A stretch of DNA of 64,000 nt from positions 2,194,242-2,258,241 of the forward strand of contig OZ241847.1 in assembly GCA_965202915.1 (NCBI GenBank). Direction: 5' to 3'. Source of the DNA: Gammaproteobacteria bacterium. Its GTDB lineage: Bacteria; Pseudomonadota; Gammaproteobacteria; Eutrophobiales; Eutrophobiaceae. A program made the position numbers and the translations under genes. The notes below the pieces were generated by a model. It had not been told where the DNA came from, ran no database searches, and worked only from the letters and a program-made list of their open reading frames with translations. This document shows positions 1 through 8,924 of this stretch, in pieces; position 1 is the first letter of the stretch; each line of letters opens with the position of its first letter.

Positions 1-947
1 GCTGACGACAAGCCTTTTGCCAGGGTCATGGTATCGGGCTGAAAGCCAAACATGGTGGCACCAAAATCCTTGCCCGTTCGGCCAAACGCACAAATAACCT
101 CATCGTCAAGAAACAGGATATTATTATCCCGCAAAAGTCGTTGAACGCGTGGAAAGTAATCCCTGGGAGGCACTATTACGCCACCCGCGCCATTGATTGG
201 TTCAGCAATAAACGCAGCGATTGTCTCCGCTCCTTCGGTGTCGATTAATTCCTCAAGTTGATTGATCAGACGATCACAAAAAGCACTTTCCGACTCGCCA
301 TTTAAACCATTTCTATAGTAGTGAGGAGCATCTATGCGAAGTATGCCCAGAGCGTCGAATGGGAGATTAAAATGAGCATGATTTGCGGCCAGCCCGGTCA
401 GCGAAGCGGCGGCGACGGTCAATCCATGATAAGCATTATGTCGTGAAATAATTTTTCTTTTCTCAGGCGTACCCAGTATATGATTATAGTAACGCACAAT
501 TTTAACAAGTGAATCATTGGCATCGCTTCCTGAGTTGCCAAAAAATACCTTCGCCCCGCTGATATTCACCATTTCACTCAGTTTGTCAGCTAAATCAATG
601 CCCTCTTGATGTGTTTTCCCGCCAAATAAATGACTATAAGACAGGCGTTCCAGTTGCCCGGAGATGGCCTCTACCAGTTCCTCATTCCCATAGCCCAATG
701 AGGCGCACCATAATCCGGCCAGACCTTCTATGTACTTTTTCCCCTTATCGTCATATACATATATGCCCTTACCCTTAGAAAACTTTATTTGCTCCGGTGC
801 GCATAAATTAGTGCTTGGATATAAAACACTGCTCATTATATTGCTTTCCTCATATGAACAAAACCAATCGCGACGTTCAGACCAGCTTTCCGGTTTATTT
901 ATCTGTATTAAATTATAGTCATTTAATTCTTTATAAACCATCGACAT
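1..947 (-). CDS. Class III (PLP-dependent) aminotransferase; the 3' end of the gene lies outside the window
   Basis: Reverse-strand translation from the ATG complement at 945-947 gives MSMVYKELNDY... and ends ...DDEVICAFGRTGKDFGATMFGFQPDTMTLAKGLSS, typical of class III aminotransferases. The ORF track does not list it because it runs off the window edge. Confidence 0.75.
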   Translation of the reverse strand, partial: MSMVYKELNDYNLIQINKPESWSERRDWFCSYEESNIMSSVLYPSTNLCAPEQIKFSKGKGIYVYDDKGKKYIEGLAGLWCASLGYGNEELVEAISGQLERLSYSHLFGGKTHQEGIDLADKLSEMVNISGAKVFFGNSGSDANDSLVKIVRYYNHILGTPEKRKIISRHNAYHGLTVAAASLTGLAANHAHFNLPFDALGILRIDAPHYYRNGLNGESESAFCDRLINQLEELIDTEGAETIAAFIAEPINGAGGVIVPPRDYFPRVQRLLRDNNILFLDDEVICAFGRTGKDFGATMFGFQPDTMTLAKGLSS

Positions 948-1076
948 ATTTTCACTTAATCTGTGAATATATCTCACTGATGGCGTTCGCAATGTTTATC
1001 AGGTGGCTTGTTTAGCCTTAAAGCAGGCACAAACCCTTAGCCCACACAACCGCGCGACAGCCTTTATTCCGGGAGA

Positions 1077-1124
1077 AACATTGGCTGAACGCAACATTGG
1101 CTGAACGCAACATTGGCTCACGCC
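1077..1124. repeat. 16-bp direct tandem repeat (AACATTGGCTGAACGC, about 2.5-3 copies, last copy degenerate) upstream of the first TMTC-like gene
   Basis: Read directly: aacattggctgaacgc aacattggctgaacgc aacattggctcacgcc. Confidence 0.8.
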
Positions 1125-1259
1125 GGCATTTGCCACGCCACCCCCTATGCCTGGCGGCATACATACCGTTGACGCATCACCATGGGGTCATTAAAATATT
1201 CCCGTGTCGCACTACGGACTGGAATCTTCCCTCACACTTAATAATGAGAATCATCAAAA

Positions 1260-3146
1260 GTGAGTAGGCAATCAAATTTCAATGCCAGAAAACGCGGCAA
1301 CAGGAACCGACGCCGGCAAGCCAAATCGCAACCGGTTTCGCCAACAAGCTCAAAGCCATCAGCGACAATATCAGCAAGGGAAAGTATCCATATTACCCCG
1401 GCGCCGCACGGGCCGGAGTCACCCGTCTCCGCCGCGGCACCGGAAGCCGCCATCGCAACCGTATTCGCGCTGCCGGCACTATGCCTGTTAATCACCCTCA
1501 GTTACCTGCCCGCAACCTGGGCGGGGTTGGTGTGGGACGACGTCGTACTGACGATGGCCCAACCGTTGCAACATCTGTCCGGCCTATGGGATATCTGGTT
1601 CGCGCCCCGTTCCCTTTCCCAGTTTGAGGGACACTACTGGCCGCTTCTCTATACGTCTTTCTGGCTGGAGAATCGATTGTGGGGCGTCACCCCGGTCGGC
1701 TATCATATTGTCAACCTTGTACTACATGGCTTGGTCACAGTACTGCTATGGCGCCTGTTACTAAGGCTGGCCGTTCCCGGTGCCTGGTTTGCGGCGGCGG
1801 TGTTCGCGGTACATCCCCTGCACGTGGAGTCCGTGGCATGGATCATCGGACGCAAGGACGTGCTGGCCTCACTGTTTTATCTGGCCTGCGTGCTGAGTTA
1901 CCTGCATTTCATCGAGGCCCGGCGGCGCCGGTTTTATGCCGCGGCACTGGCACTGTTCATGGCGGGTCTGTTGTGCAAATCCATCCTGGTCACGCTGCCC
2001 GTATCGCTACTGATCTGGCACTGGTGGCAACAGGGGCGCGTGACGCCGGCCGACGTGCGCAGAGTGCTGCCGTTCCTGCTGCTGGGGCTGTGCGTCACGA
2101 TCGCCGACGTCTTGTTCTACAAGAGCAGGGATCCCACCGCCTTTGACTATTCAATCGTTGAACGGCTACTGATCGCGGCGCAGGCATTGTGGTTCTACCT
2201 GGGAAAACTGGTCTGGCCGACGCAACTGGCGGTCATTTACCCGCGCTGGGAGGTCGGCGTCGCCAACCCGCTGGCCTGGGGGTGTTTGATGGCCGCCTTC
2301 GCTGCGGTGGCGGCGCTGTGGTTCGGGCGCCACCGCATCGGTCGGGGGCCGCTGGCGGGTGCACTGTTCTTCGTGGTGACGCTGTCGCCGACGCTGGGCT
2401 TCGTGGACTATGGCTACATGCTGTACTCCTTTGTCGCCGACCGCTACCAATACTTGGCCGGGGCCGGTGTGATTGCAACACTGGCCGCAGCCGTAACCCT
2501 GGGCATGGGCAGACTGCCGGGCGCATACCGGCGCGGAGCGCAGGGCATGGCGGTGCTGCCGCTGGCCGCACTGGGCGTCATCACCTGGAACCAGGCGGGA
2601 ATCTACCGGGACAACTACACTTTTTACAGCCACGTCCTCTCTCTCAACCCGCAGGCCCGCTTCGCCCACCACAGTATCGGCCTGGAGTATCAAAAGCAGG
2701 GCCGCCACGAAGAGGCACTTGCCGCTTTTGAAACCGACTATCGTCTTGCCCCGGAGCAGCCGTCCCCACGGGTGCGCATGAGCAAGGCCCAGACCAGCAT
2801 CGGAACGTCGCTTGCGGCACTGGGCCGGATCCAGGAAGCGGAGGAGCACTTCCGGCGCGGGGTTGAGATCGCCCCGGACTTTCCGGGGGCCTACGATCAT
2901 CTGGGCGGGTTCCTGATCACGCACAAGCGTTACCGGGAGGCCCTCGAAGTTTTTCAAGCCGTCATCACCATAACGCCCGGCAATGCAAGGTTTCACGTCG
3001 GCCTGGGGGTCTCGCAGGCGGGCTTGGGACGGCTGGATGAGGCCTTGCAGAGCTACGAGCGGGCGCTGTTGATAGACCCCTTGCAGGAGCAGGCGCTAAG
3101 CAATCGCGCCAGCCTGTTGAAGTTCAGAGAGAGTGGCGGCGGATAG
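1260..3146 (+). CDS. GT-C fold glycosyltransferase, PMT_2/TMTC-like membrane domain fused to C-terminal TPR repeats (paralog A); probably a polyprenol-phosphate-sugar dependent mannosyltransferase
   Basis: 628 aa with multiple TM helices and the motifs LSYLPATWAGLVWDD and GHYWPLLYTSFWLE. The C-terminal third has TPR-like repeats (EALAAFE..., AYDHLGGFL..., EALQSYERALLIDP). About 75% identical over the membrane domain to ORF 9789..11648. Arg/Lys-rich N-terminal tail. Confidence 0.7.
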   Translation: MSRQSNFNARKRGNRNRRRQAKSQPVSPTSSKPSATISARESIHITPAPHGPESPVSAAAPEAAIATVFALPALCLLITLSYLPATWAGLVWDDVVLTMAQPLQHLSGLWDIWFAPRSLSQFEGHYWPLLYTSFWLENRLWGVTPVGYHIVNLVLHGLVTVLLWRLLLRLAVPGAWFAAAVFAVHPLHVESVAWIIGRKDVLASLFYLACVLSYLHFIEARRRRFYAAALALFMAGLLCKSILVTLPVSLLIWHWWQQGRVTPADVRRVLPFLLLGLCVTIADVLFYKSRDPTAFDYSIVERLLIAAQALWFYLGKLVWPTQLAVIYPRWEVGVANPLAWGCLMAAFAAVAALWFGRHRIGRGPLAGALFFVVTLSPTLGFVDYGYMLYSFVADRYQYLAGAGVIATLAAAVTLGMGRLPGAYRRGAQGMAVLPLAALGVITWNQAGIYRDNYTFYSHVLSLNPQARFAHHSIGLEYQKQGRHEEALAAFETDYRLAPEQPSPRVRMSKAQTSIGTSLAALGRIQEAEEHFRRGVEIAPDFPGAYDHLGGFLITHKRYREALEVFQAVITITPGNARFHVGLGVSQAGLGRLDEALQSYERALLIDPLQEQALSNRASLLKFRESGGG

Positions 3147-3391
3147 TGCTAAAGGGCTCAAGATAAATATATTCTGCGCGGCAAAGCGGGAACATCGGCC
3201 AATAACACCGAGGAAAGGCATCACACACCACAACCAGATCGTGGCCATTCACGCCGACCAAGAGCGAATGAACCGGCAGGTACTCACACCCCACCTCAAA
3301 AGACCAGTTGTCATTGAACGACATATTCAAGATTCCGATCTTACGATTCGGATGGTTTCGGTGATAATGGTGGGCAGGGGGGCAGGGTCAC

Positions 3392-3841
3392 TCATATTCT
3401 CTTTTGTGGCTTCTCCAGCATTTTTCCAAGCTGATTCAGTTTTCTGTTAAGAAGTTGCCCGTCTTTTAGCTGACATTCCCATATCCGCAATACTTTCCAT
3501 CCGTTGTTTTTAAGCGTCTTGTTTACCAGCCTGTCACGTTTCTTGTTGGCATATATTTTTTTAACCCAAAAATCTCTGTTGTTTTGGGGAACTTGGCCGT
3601 GCTTTGGGCAATCATGCCAGAAACATCCATCCATAAAGATCGCAAGCTTACTGTTTGGAAATACAATGTCTGGCTTGCCGAAAATCGGGTATCTGCGTCG
3701 CCATCCTATCACATGATTTCGCTTCAATATTTTAAGCAGTTTCCCTTCGGTTGATTTGTTTCCAGTAGAACGCACCTTACCCATAATCCATGAACGTTTT
3801 TCTTTTGAATAGACGTCAACCATTTTTCTTGACGTTGTCAA
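3392..3841 (-). CDS. vsr: Very-short-patch repair endonuclease (Vsr family); the start may be the internal MVDVY at 3823
   Basis: MVDVYSKEKRSWIM...FMDGCFWHDCPKHG...RDRLVNKTLKNNGWKVLRIWECQL matches the Vsr signature (FxDGCFWH ... GWxVLRxWE). Overlaps the upstream GHKL gene stop, so translationally coupled. Confidence 0.85.
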   Translation of the reverse strand: MTTSRKMVDVYSKEKRSWIMGKVRSTGNKSTEGKLLKILKRNHVIGWRRRYPIFGKPDIVFPNSKLAIFMDGCFWHDCPKHGQVPQNNRDFWVKKIYANKKRDRLVNKTLKNNGWKVLRIWECQLKDGQLLNRKLNQLGKMLEKPQKRI

Positions 3842-5477
3842 GCCTAAACAATAAAAATGAAATTAGACTTAGAATATCAAGGCAACTATTTTCTGGAAAT
3901 AATATATTTGATGTTGTCCTAGGTTCATGGTGCGTTGGATTTCTGAATGCTTGCACCAAACCAACTGAAAGAAATTGTTGACCCCTTTGCATGTTAAGTT
4001 CTGTGTCGTCGGAAAGGTCTGAAATTTGAAGTATTGGAAGCCTGGTTATTGTTGTTCTCCCTCTCTCGTTGTGTGATTCAAAACTAAAAGATTTATGCAT
4101 CAAATCAGTAGATGAATAATTAACACCAGCCTTATCTCTAATTTCCCTTTCATAAATCACCACTCCCTCTTTTGCAGCATCCAGATATCGGGCATTTTTA
4201 TAATCTTCGTACAGTCGATCCCTGATAAGCTGATGCAAATTTCTCCAATGATAATAAGGGTAAGAAGGTATAAGTTTTTTAAACTCGACAAACAGCCGAT
4301 TTGATTCAATAGTTTCTATTTCAGGAAAATCTTCAATCAGTTTTTCAGTAATAACCTCAATACTATTCTGAATTTCCTCCGGCATAGAATTTTTCCAGTC
4401 TTCCAGACCAATATCGCCAAGGCTGTTATCAACCTCGGCTATTTTCTTTTCTTTACGCTTTCTACGCCAATCCAATTGAACGAACTGGACACATTTCTCA
4501 AGATATGTATGAAGTTTGCTAGTTTGTAAATACCCCCAGTTTAGGTTTTGTCTGTTAGTGGAAATTACGTCCTCTGAAAAATCTTCTATAAAATCCACTT
4601 CCAACCATCCCGTCATATAAGAAAAGAAATGACTGGACGTGCTATCAGAAAATTGATAAGGAGATTGCACGAGTTTCCCCCGCGAAAACAAAGAAATACC
4701 CCTTGAATCAAATCTTGGTGCAATGGGCTTTTCAGGCGTAATGATCTTTCCCTGAATCTCAGACCGGTGCTCATAATCTGATTCTATGTTTGAAAAATCC
4801 TCGGGGAAATTCCAAGAAAATTCTTCACCAAATGCGGAGAAGTGCATATCATTGGACAACATTACCGGGTCTTCATCGTTACGCCTTACGGTAACGGAAA
4901 AATCTTCATCGAAAATAAAAAACCTTGCTATGCTGTTGGCAAGAAATTTTTCCGAAAAATCAGATTCTCTATTGATGTTTGTAAGTATTATTTGAGTTCC
5001 GGATTGACCATCTTCAACAATTTTGTCAATTACTTGCGGGATCATTAAATATTTCCCTCTCGTGGAGTTCATTAAATCATCCCAATCCATCGTAAAAATA
5101 TTTCTTTTTCCCTGTTGAACAGTGTTTACGGTAATTGTCCGAACAATCCCAAAGAATGAAAGCTTGCCCAAACCCTTTTTACCGATAACCTTCCTACCTC
5201 TCGGAGTCAACTCTTCTCCATCTTCTCTGCGGTTTCTCCCAATAACAAGAAATTTCTTGTCAATATCATTAAAAGACATTCCTGTTCCATTGTCCGTTAC
5301 AATAATTTCTTTTTCATTAATATCATTCAACTGCACTTCCACTTTTGTGGCATCTGCATCATATGCGTTGGCTAGCAGCTCACTTAAAACCGGAGGAAGA
5401 GTTGAGTACATACGAACTCCAAGGTGCTCTATAACTCTTGGGTCAAACTTCATCGTCAATTGATTAGATTCCAGCAT
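3816..5477 (-). CDS. GHKL-superfamily (HATPase_c_3 / MORC-MutL-like) ATPase protein, 553 aa, with a C-terminal domain of unknown function
   Basis: N box ELLANAYDADATKVEV, G1 box VTDNGTGMS and G2 box GKKGLGKLSFFG lie in the N-terminal 120 aa. The C-terminal roughly 400 aa match nothing I recognise. Low GC. Confidence 0.65.
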   Translation of the reverse strand: MLESNQLTMKFDPRVIEHLGVRMYSTLPPVLSELLANAYDADATKVEVQLNDINEKEIIVTDNGTGMSFNDIDKKFLVIGRNRREDGEELTPRGRKVIGKKGLGKLSFFGIVRTITVNTVQQGKRNIFTMDWDDLMNSTRGKYLMIPQVIDKIVEDGQSGTQIILTNINRESDFSEKFLANSIARFFIFDEDFSVTVRRNDEDPVMLSNDMHFSAFGEEFSWNFPEDFSNIESDYEHRSEIQGKIITPEKPIAPRFDSRGISLFSRGKLVQSPYQFSDSTSSHFFSYMTGWLEVDFIEDFSEDVISTNRQNLNWGYLQTSKLHTYLEKCVQFVQLDWRRKRKEKKIAEVDNSLGDIGLEDWKNSMPEEIQNSIEVITEKLIEDFPEIETIESNRLFVEFKKLIPSYPYYHWRNLHQLIRDRLYEDYKNARYLDAAKEGVVIYEREIRDKAGVNYSSTDLMHKSFSFESHNERGRTTITRLPILQISDLSDDTELNMQRGQQFLSVGLVQAFRNPTHHEPRTTSNILFPENSCLDILSLISFLLFRLDNVKKNG

Positions 5478-5489
5478 AATAAAACTATC

Positions 5490-6530
5490 TCAGCCCGAGT
5501 AAAAAGATTTCGCTATTCTGTAAGCAAGTTGCGGTGGCACTGCATTGCCTATTAGCTTGGCTGCGATCATTGAACTTTCACACGCAAAAACATAGTCTTC
5601 GCTGAACGTTTGTAGTGTTGCACCTTCTCTTAGGGACAATCCTCTGTTCTCCTCGGGATGGGCAAATCGACCATTTGAAATCCCGTTAAATCTCGTTGTA
5701 ATTGTTGAAGAGGGTTTATCCCACCTCAATCTCCCATAAACATCCCGAAAAGAATTATCTTTGCCTTTGTAGGTGTTCAATTGAAGCTCGGGGTCGTCTT
5801 TCCATGCGCTCCTTGTCCCGCCGTCTTTGGGTGTTAGCTTGAGCCGTCTCAAATTTTTTTCGGATAACGATGAAACTGTATCCATGAAATTATTTTCATC
5901 CTTATAACCGGATTGCAGAACGGGAAATCCATTATGGGTCCCTATAAATTCCTTCAATACGGATTCTTTCTCCGGTTGGGGAAGATCAATCGATTTTTTT
6001 ACCCTGGAAGCAATCAAGATAAATCTCTTTCTGCTTTGCGGAACTCCATAATACTTGGCATTGATAATATCCTCGACAATCTTATATTCTTTTTCAAGTT
6101 TCCGACAAAATTTGTCAAGCCCACTTTCCGCTTTGTTTCTTTTTATTCCCGGAACATTTTCTATAATTACATAACCCGGTTTGTAGTAACAGACAAAGCG
6201 CCAAAAATGATCAAGCAGTCCTCTGGTGTTCTCCGATGATCTTTTGTTCGTATTCAGGGTGGTCCAGTGCTGGCATGGGCTGCACCCTATAAAGATCAAA
6301 GAGTCGTCATTGCGTTTAATCCCACAATTTTTTTCCAGAAAAGTTCGTGGTGTGTCTTCTATATCTTTTAGAAAAAATTTTGTCCCCGGATGATTTGCCT
6401 CATATGTCTCTTTACAATCCTCATCCACATCTATCCCGGCAACAACCTTTACTCCGGCCATCTTTAACCCTTGGGACATGCCGCCGGCACCGCAAAAAAA
6501 ATCAACCGCTCTTAAGGATTTTTTTCTCAT
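5490..6530 (-). CDS. dcm: DNA (cytosine-5)-methyltransferase (Dcm family)
   Basis: Motif I DFFCGAGGMSQG, motif IV GCSPCQHWT (PCQ), motif VI ENVPG and motif X GNAVPPQLA. The ATGA overlap with the upstream gene indicates an operon. Confidence 0.9.
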   Translation of the reverse strand: MRKKSLRAVDFFCGAGGMSQGLKMAGVKVVAGIDVDEDCKETYEANHPGTKFFLKDIEDTPRTFLEKNCGIKRNDDSLIFIGCSPCQHWTTLNTNKRSSENTRGLLDHFWRFVCYYKPGYVIIENVPGIKRNKAESGLDKFCRKLEKEYKIVEDIINAKYYGVPQSRKRFILIASRVKKSIDLPQPEKESVLKEFIGTHNGFPVLQSGYKDENNFMDTVSSLSEKNLRRLKLTPKDGGTRSAWKDDPELQLNTYKGKDNSFRDVYGRLRWDKPSSTITTRFNGISNGRFAHPEENRGLSLREGATLQTFSEDYVFACESSMIAAKLIGNAVPPQLAYRIAKSFYSG

Positions 6531-8872
6531 TCGCCACCGCCCAAACTGGCTATTAATGTTACTATATGTGCCGCAACCGCGGACGAGGCAGCACGCACGA
6601 CAGAATCTTCGTCATATTCCTCCCGGCCATCGGAATTATCTTCGGAGTCACTGACAAGTCTCTTATACATTGCTAATGTGAGAATGCCCACCCCCACCCT
6701 GAAGCGGTGCCTGATGATCTCTCTCTTACCCTCATCTGATTCTTTGGAAATTAAGTACAAGAGATATTTATTGGCTTTGTTCACATATATGGTTAGCGTT
6801 TCTCCTCTGGACACATGACCGCCCGACTCTTCATTGTAGTTATGTTCATCCCAATATTCTTGCTCCACCCACTCAATATTCGGAAATTCCCGAGCCGGTC
6901 TCTCTTGATTGTTTGTGTCTGTTTCATCCCCGGGCGGGTTTCTTTGAGTTTCTTCCGCACTGGCAATTTTGATCATTACGTCAAAAGTCAGAGGATCTGT
7001 TCTTTCCGGGTTTGAGTCATCAAAGCCAAACTGAACGGCAATTTCATCTCCTACTTTTGCCCCCGCGGGAGTTATGACTTTTATTCGGAATTTTCCATTA
7101 CGCAGAGAACCCGAATGTGGCAATATATCAGGTGATGGGTGAATAAACTCCCCTCGGTTGGCATCTCTTATCAAATAATCATTTTGAGCGTCTGTTCTAC
7201 ATTCAATTCGTCTGTAAGAATTTATGGGAACACTCTTAACATTGCCCTCCTCCAAGTGCGTGGGAGTTAAATATGTGGGGAACAATTTCCCTTCATATTG
7301 ATCCTCACCTCCGGATGTTGCAATCTGACTGTCAACAATACTTCCAACATCAAATAGTTCTTGAAGATCCGGATTATCTTTAACAAGATTGGAAAGAAAT
7401 TCTTTATCGGTCTGCTCTTCTATTTGCTCGCTAATACGACGGTTTTTTATTTCTCTTGCATATTCCCTAAGTTCTCCGCTCCCGGCCAAGGCATCTATAA
7501 TAATTTTCTTTAGTTCTCTCGTGAGCCCTATGTCCGCCATTCTTTCCCTGTCCGATTTAAACACGGCGGCTCGCGCCGTATTATCCATGGCATTACAATC
7601 TATTTGAACAATTAAATGGTTTCTCAAATCATCCAGTCGCGCCTTCCGCAACAGACTGGCTCTGTCCGCAGATTGGGACTGACCGTTGATCGTGTAGAAC
7701 ATTCTGTATGGCTGTTTGCGCAAATAATCCTTCATTTTCTTCAACCCAAAATAAGATATTCGGATAGTCCCCAAATCCGAATTTTCAGAATTTTCAATTA
7801 CGTTTTCCAAGTCAACTTCGCTTTCCTCACTTCTTTCATCATCGGATTTGAGCACTATATTCATACCGGAAAAAGTTCTCGGTGCAATACCCTCCGCTCT
7901 AAGACCGCTCCTTGTGGGTTGAGCATCAAAATCATAAAGACGAACAGGCAAGGCACAATTTATAAGGTTGGTCGTAAGCGCATCATATAGTCCTATATCA
8001 ACCGCACGGGCACGAGGCCCTATATCGTATTCATATAACTTCACAATGCTGCCACCATTGATGACGACACCGATATCCTCTCTGCCAAAAGCCTTGATTT
8101 CATCGGTTTCAAAACAGGCAATTTCTCCGTCGGGACAAAAATACTCAACCACTGGCAAATCCTCTCCTTCTCGAACTCCTCTTACCCTTATCAAAGTCCA
8201 TCCCCATAGACCATCCGAACCGTAAGTGGTTCTTTTGGACAGAATAAACTTATACATCCCCGCCCTGATATCTGCTCGGGTACAAAAAGGTATGGATCCG
8301 GTGCTACCCATATTAAATCGACCTTGGACAAACGGAATGCCTTCCTTATTCTTTTCTCCAAGAGATAAAAAAGTTTTTCCAAAATCTGTATGATTTTGCC
8401 CCTCACCAAAATCAACTATCGTATAGTTTGGACAAATATCATTTCTCCTTCCTGTTCTCTTAATACCAATCAAAACACTTTTTTCAGCCAGATCAGTCCT
8501 TTGATTCGGGCTTAACAAAGCCAACCTGCCTTCTTGAACTTTGGGGAAAAAGTGTTTGACAGCCTCGCTCATATCTTGGGGAGCTGATTCACCATAAAAA
8601 TCTATTTGCTCTTCCTTTGCCCTGCGCATAAGGATTGCGTCAATGGAATTAATGATTAACTCTGCCAACGCACCGACTGGTTGGCTCGTTTGGACGCTCA
8701 CCCTGTCCCAATTTTTATCCGCGCCGCCGTAAGGCTTCCAATTTTCATCAGCGCTAAATTCAGGCTGGCTTTCCATGAACCGATTAACGTCGTCGGCTGA
8801 CAAAGCACCGAGAAACTTATTCGCTATTAACTTTGAAAGTGGGCTGTTGAAAAATTTTCTCGAATCATTCAT
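6527..8872 (-). CDS. Large (781 aa) protein with an N-terminal divergent GHKL ATPase-like domain and about 500 aa of unassigned C-terminal sequence; first gene of the island operon
   Basis: ALAELIINSIDA (N-box-like), IVDFGEGQ (G1-like DxGxG) and GRFNMGSTGS (G2-like GxFGxG). The remainder has no motifs I can assign. Its stop overlaps the dcm start. Confidence 0.5.
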   Translation of the reverse strand: MNDSRKFFNSPLSKLIANKFLGALSADDVNRFMESQPEFSADENWKPYGGADKNWDRVSVQTSQPVGALAELIINSIDAILMRRAKEEQIDFYGESAPQDMSEAVKHFFPKVQEGRLALLSPNQRTDLAEKSVLIGIKRTGRRNDICPNYTIVDFGEGQNHTDFGKTFLSLGEKNKEGIPFVQGRFNMGSTGSIPFCTRADIRAGMYKFILSKRTTYGSDGLWGWTLIRVRGVREGEDLPVVEYFCPDGEIACFETDEIKAFGREDIGVVINGGSIVKLYEYDIGPRARAVDIGLYDALTTNLINCALPVRLYDFDAQPTRSGLRAEGIAPRTFSGMNIVLKSDDERSEESEVDLENVIENSENSDLGTIRISYFGLKKMKDYLRKQPYRMFYTINGQSQSADRASLLRKARLDDLRNHLIVQIDCNAMDNTARAAVFKSDRERMADIGLTRELKKIIIDALAGSGELREYAREIKNRRISEQIEEQTDKEFLSNLVKDNPDLQELFDVGSIVDSQIATSGGEDQYEGKLFPTYLTPTHLEEGNVKSVPINSYRRIECRTDAQNDYLIRDANRGEFIHPSPDILPHSGSLRNGKFRIKVITPAGAKVGDEIAVQFGFDDSNPERTDPLTFDVMIKIASAEETQRNPPGDETDTNNQERPAREFPNIEWVEQEYWDEHNYNEESGGHVSRGETLTIYVNKANKYLLYLISKESDEGKREIIRHRFRVGVGILTLAMYKRLVSDSEDNSDGREEYDEDSVVRAASSAVAAHIVTLIASLGGGE

Positions 8873-8924
8873 TTATGAAAATTCACCTAGGTTTTGGTAT
8901 TTAATCAGTACATATCCATAACCG

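Noticed and set aside
1679-2996. Long overlapping ORFs (1679..2146 +, 2166..2996 -, 2189..2731 +, 2233..2571 -) inside TMTC-like paralog A, and similar ones (10190..11374 +, 9750..10706 -, 10908..11426 -) inside paralog B
   Set aside because: Arg/Ala/Gly/Pro-rich translations in alternative frames of a very high-GC gene are the expected artefact of rare stop codons. The in-frame membrane-protein reading has clear family motifs.
3133-3450. ORF 3133..3450 (+, 105 aa) at the left junction of the island
   Set aside because: It overlaps the vsr 3' end and the paralog A stop. It has no motifs and a composition that changes mid-ORF, so it is most likely junction noise rather than a gene.
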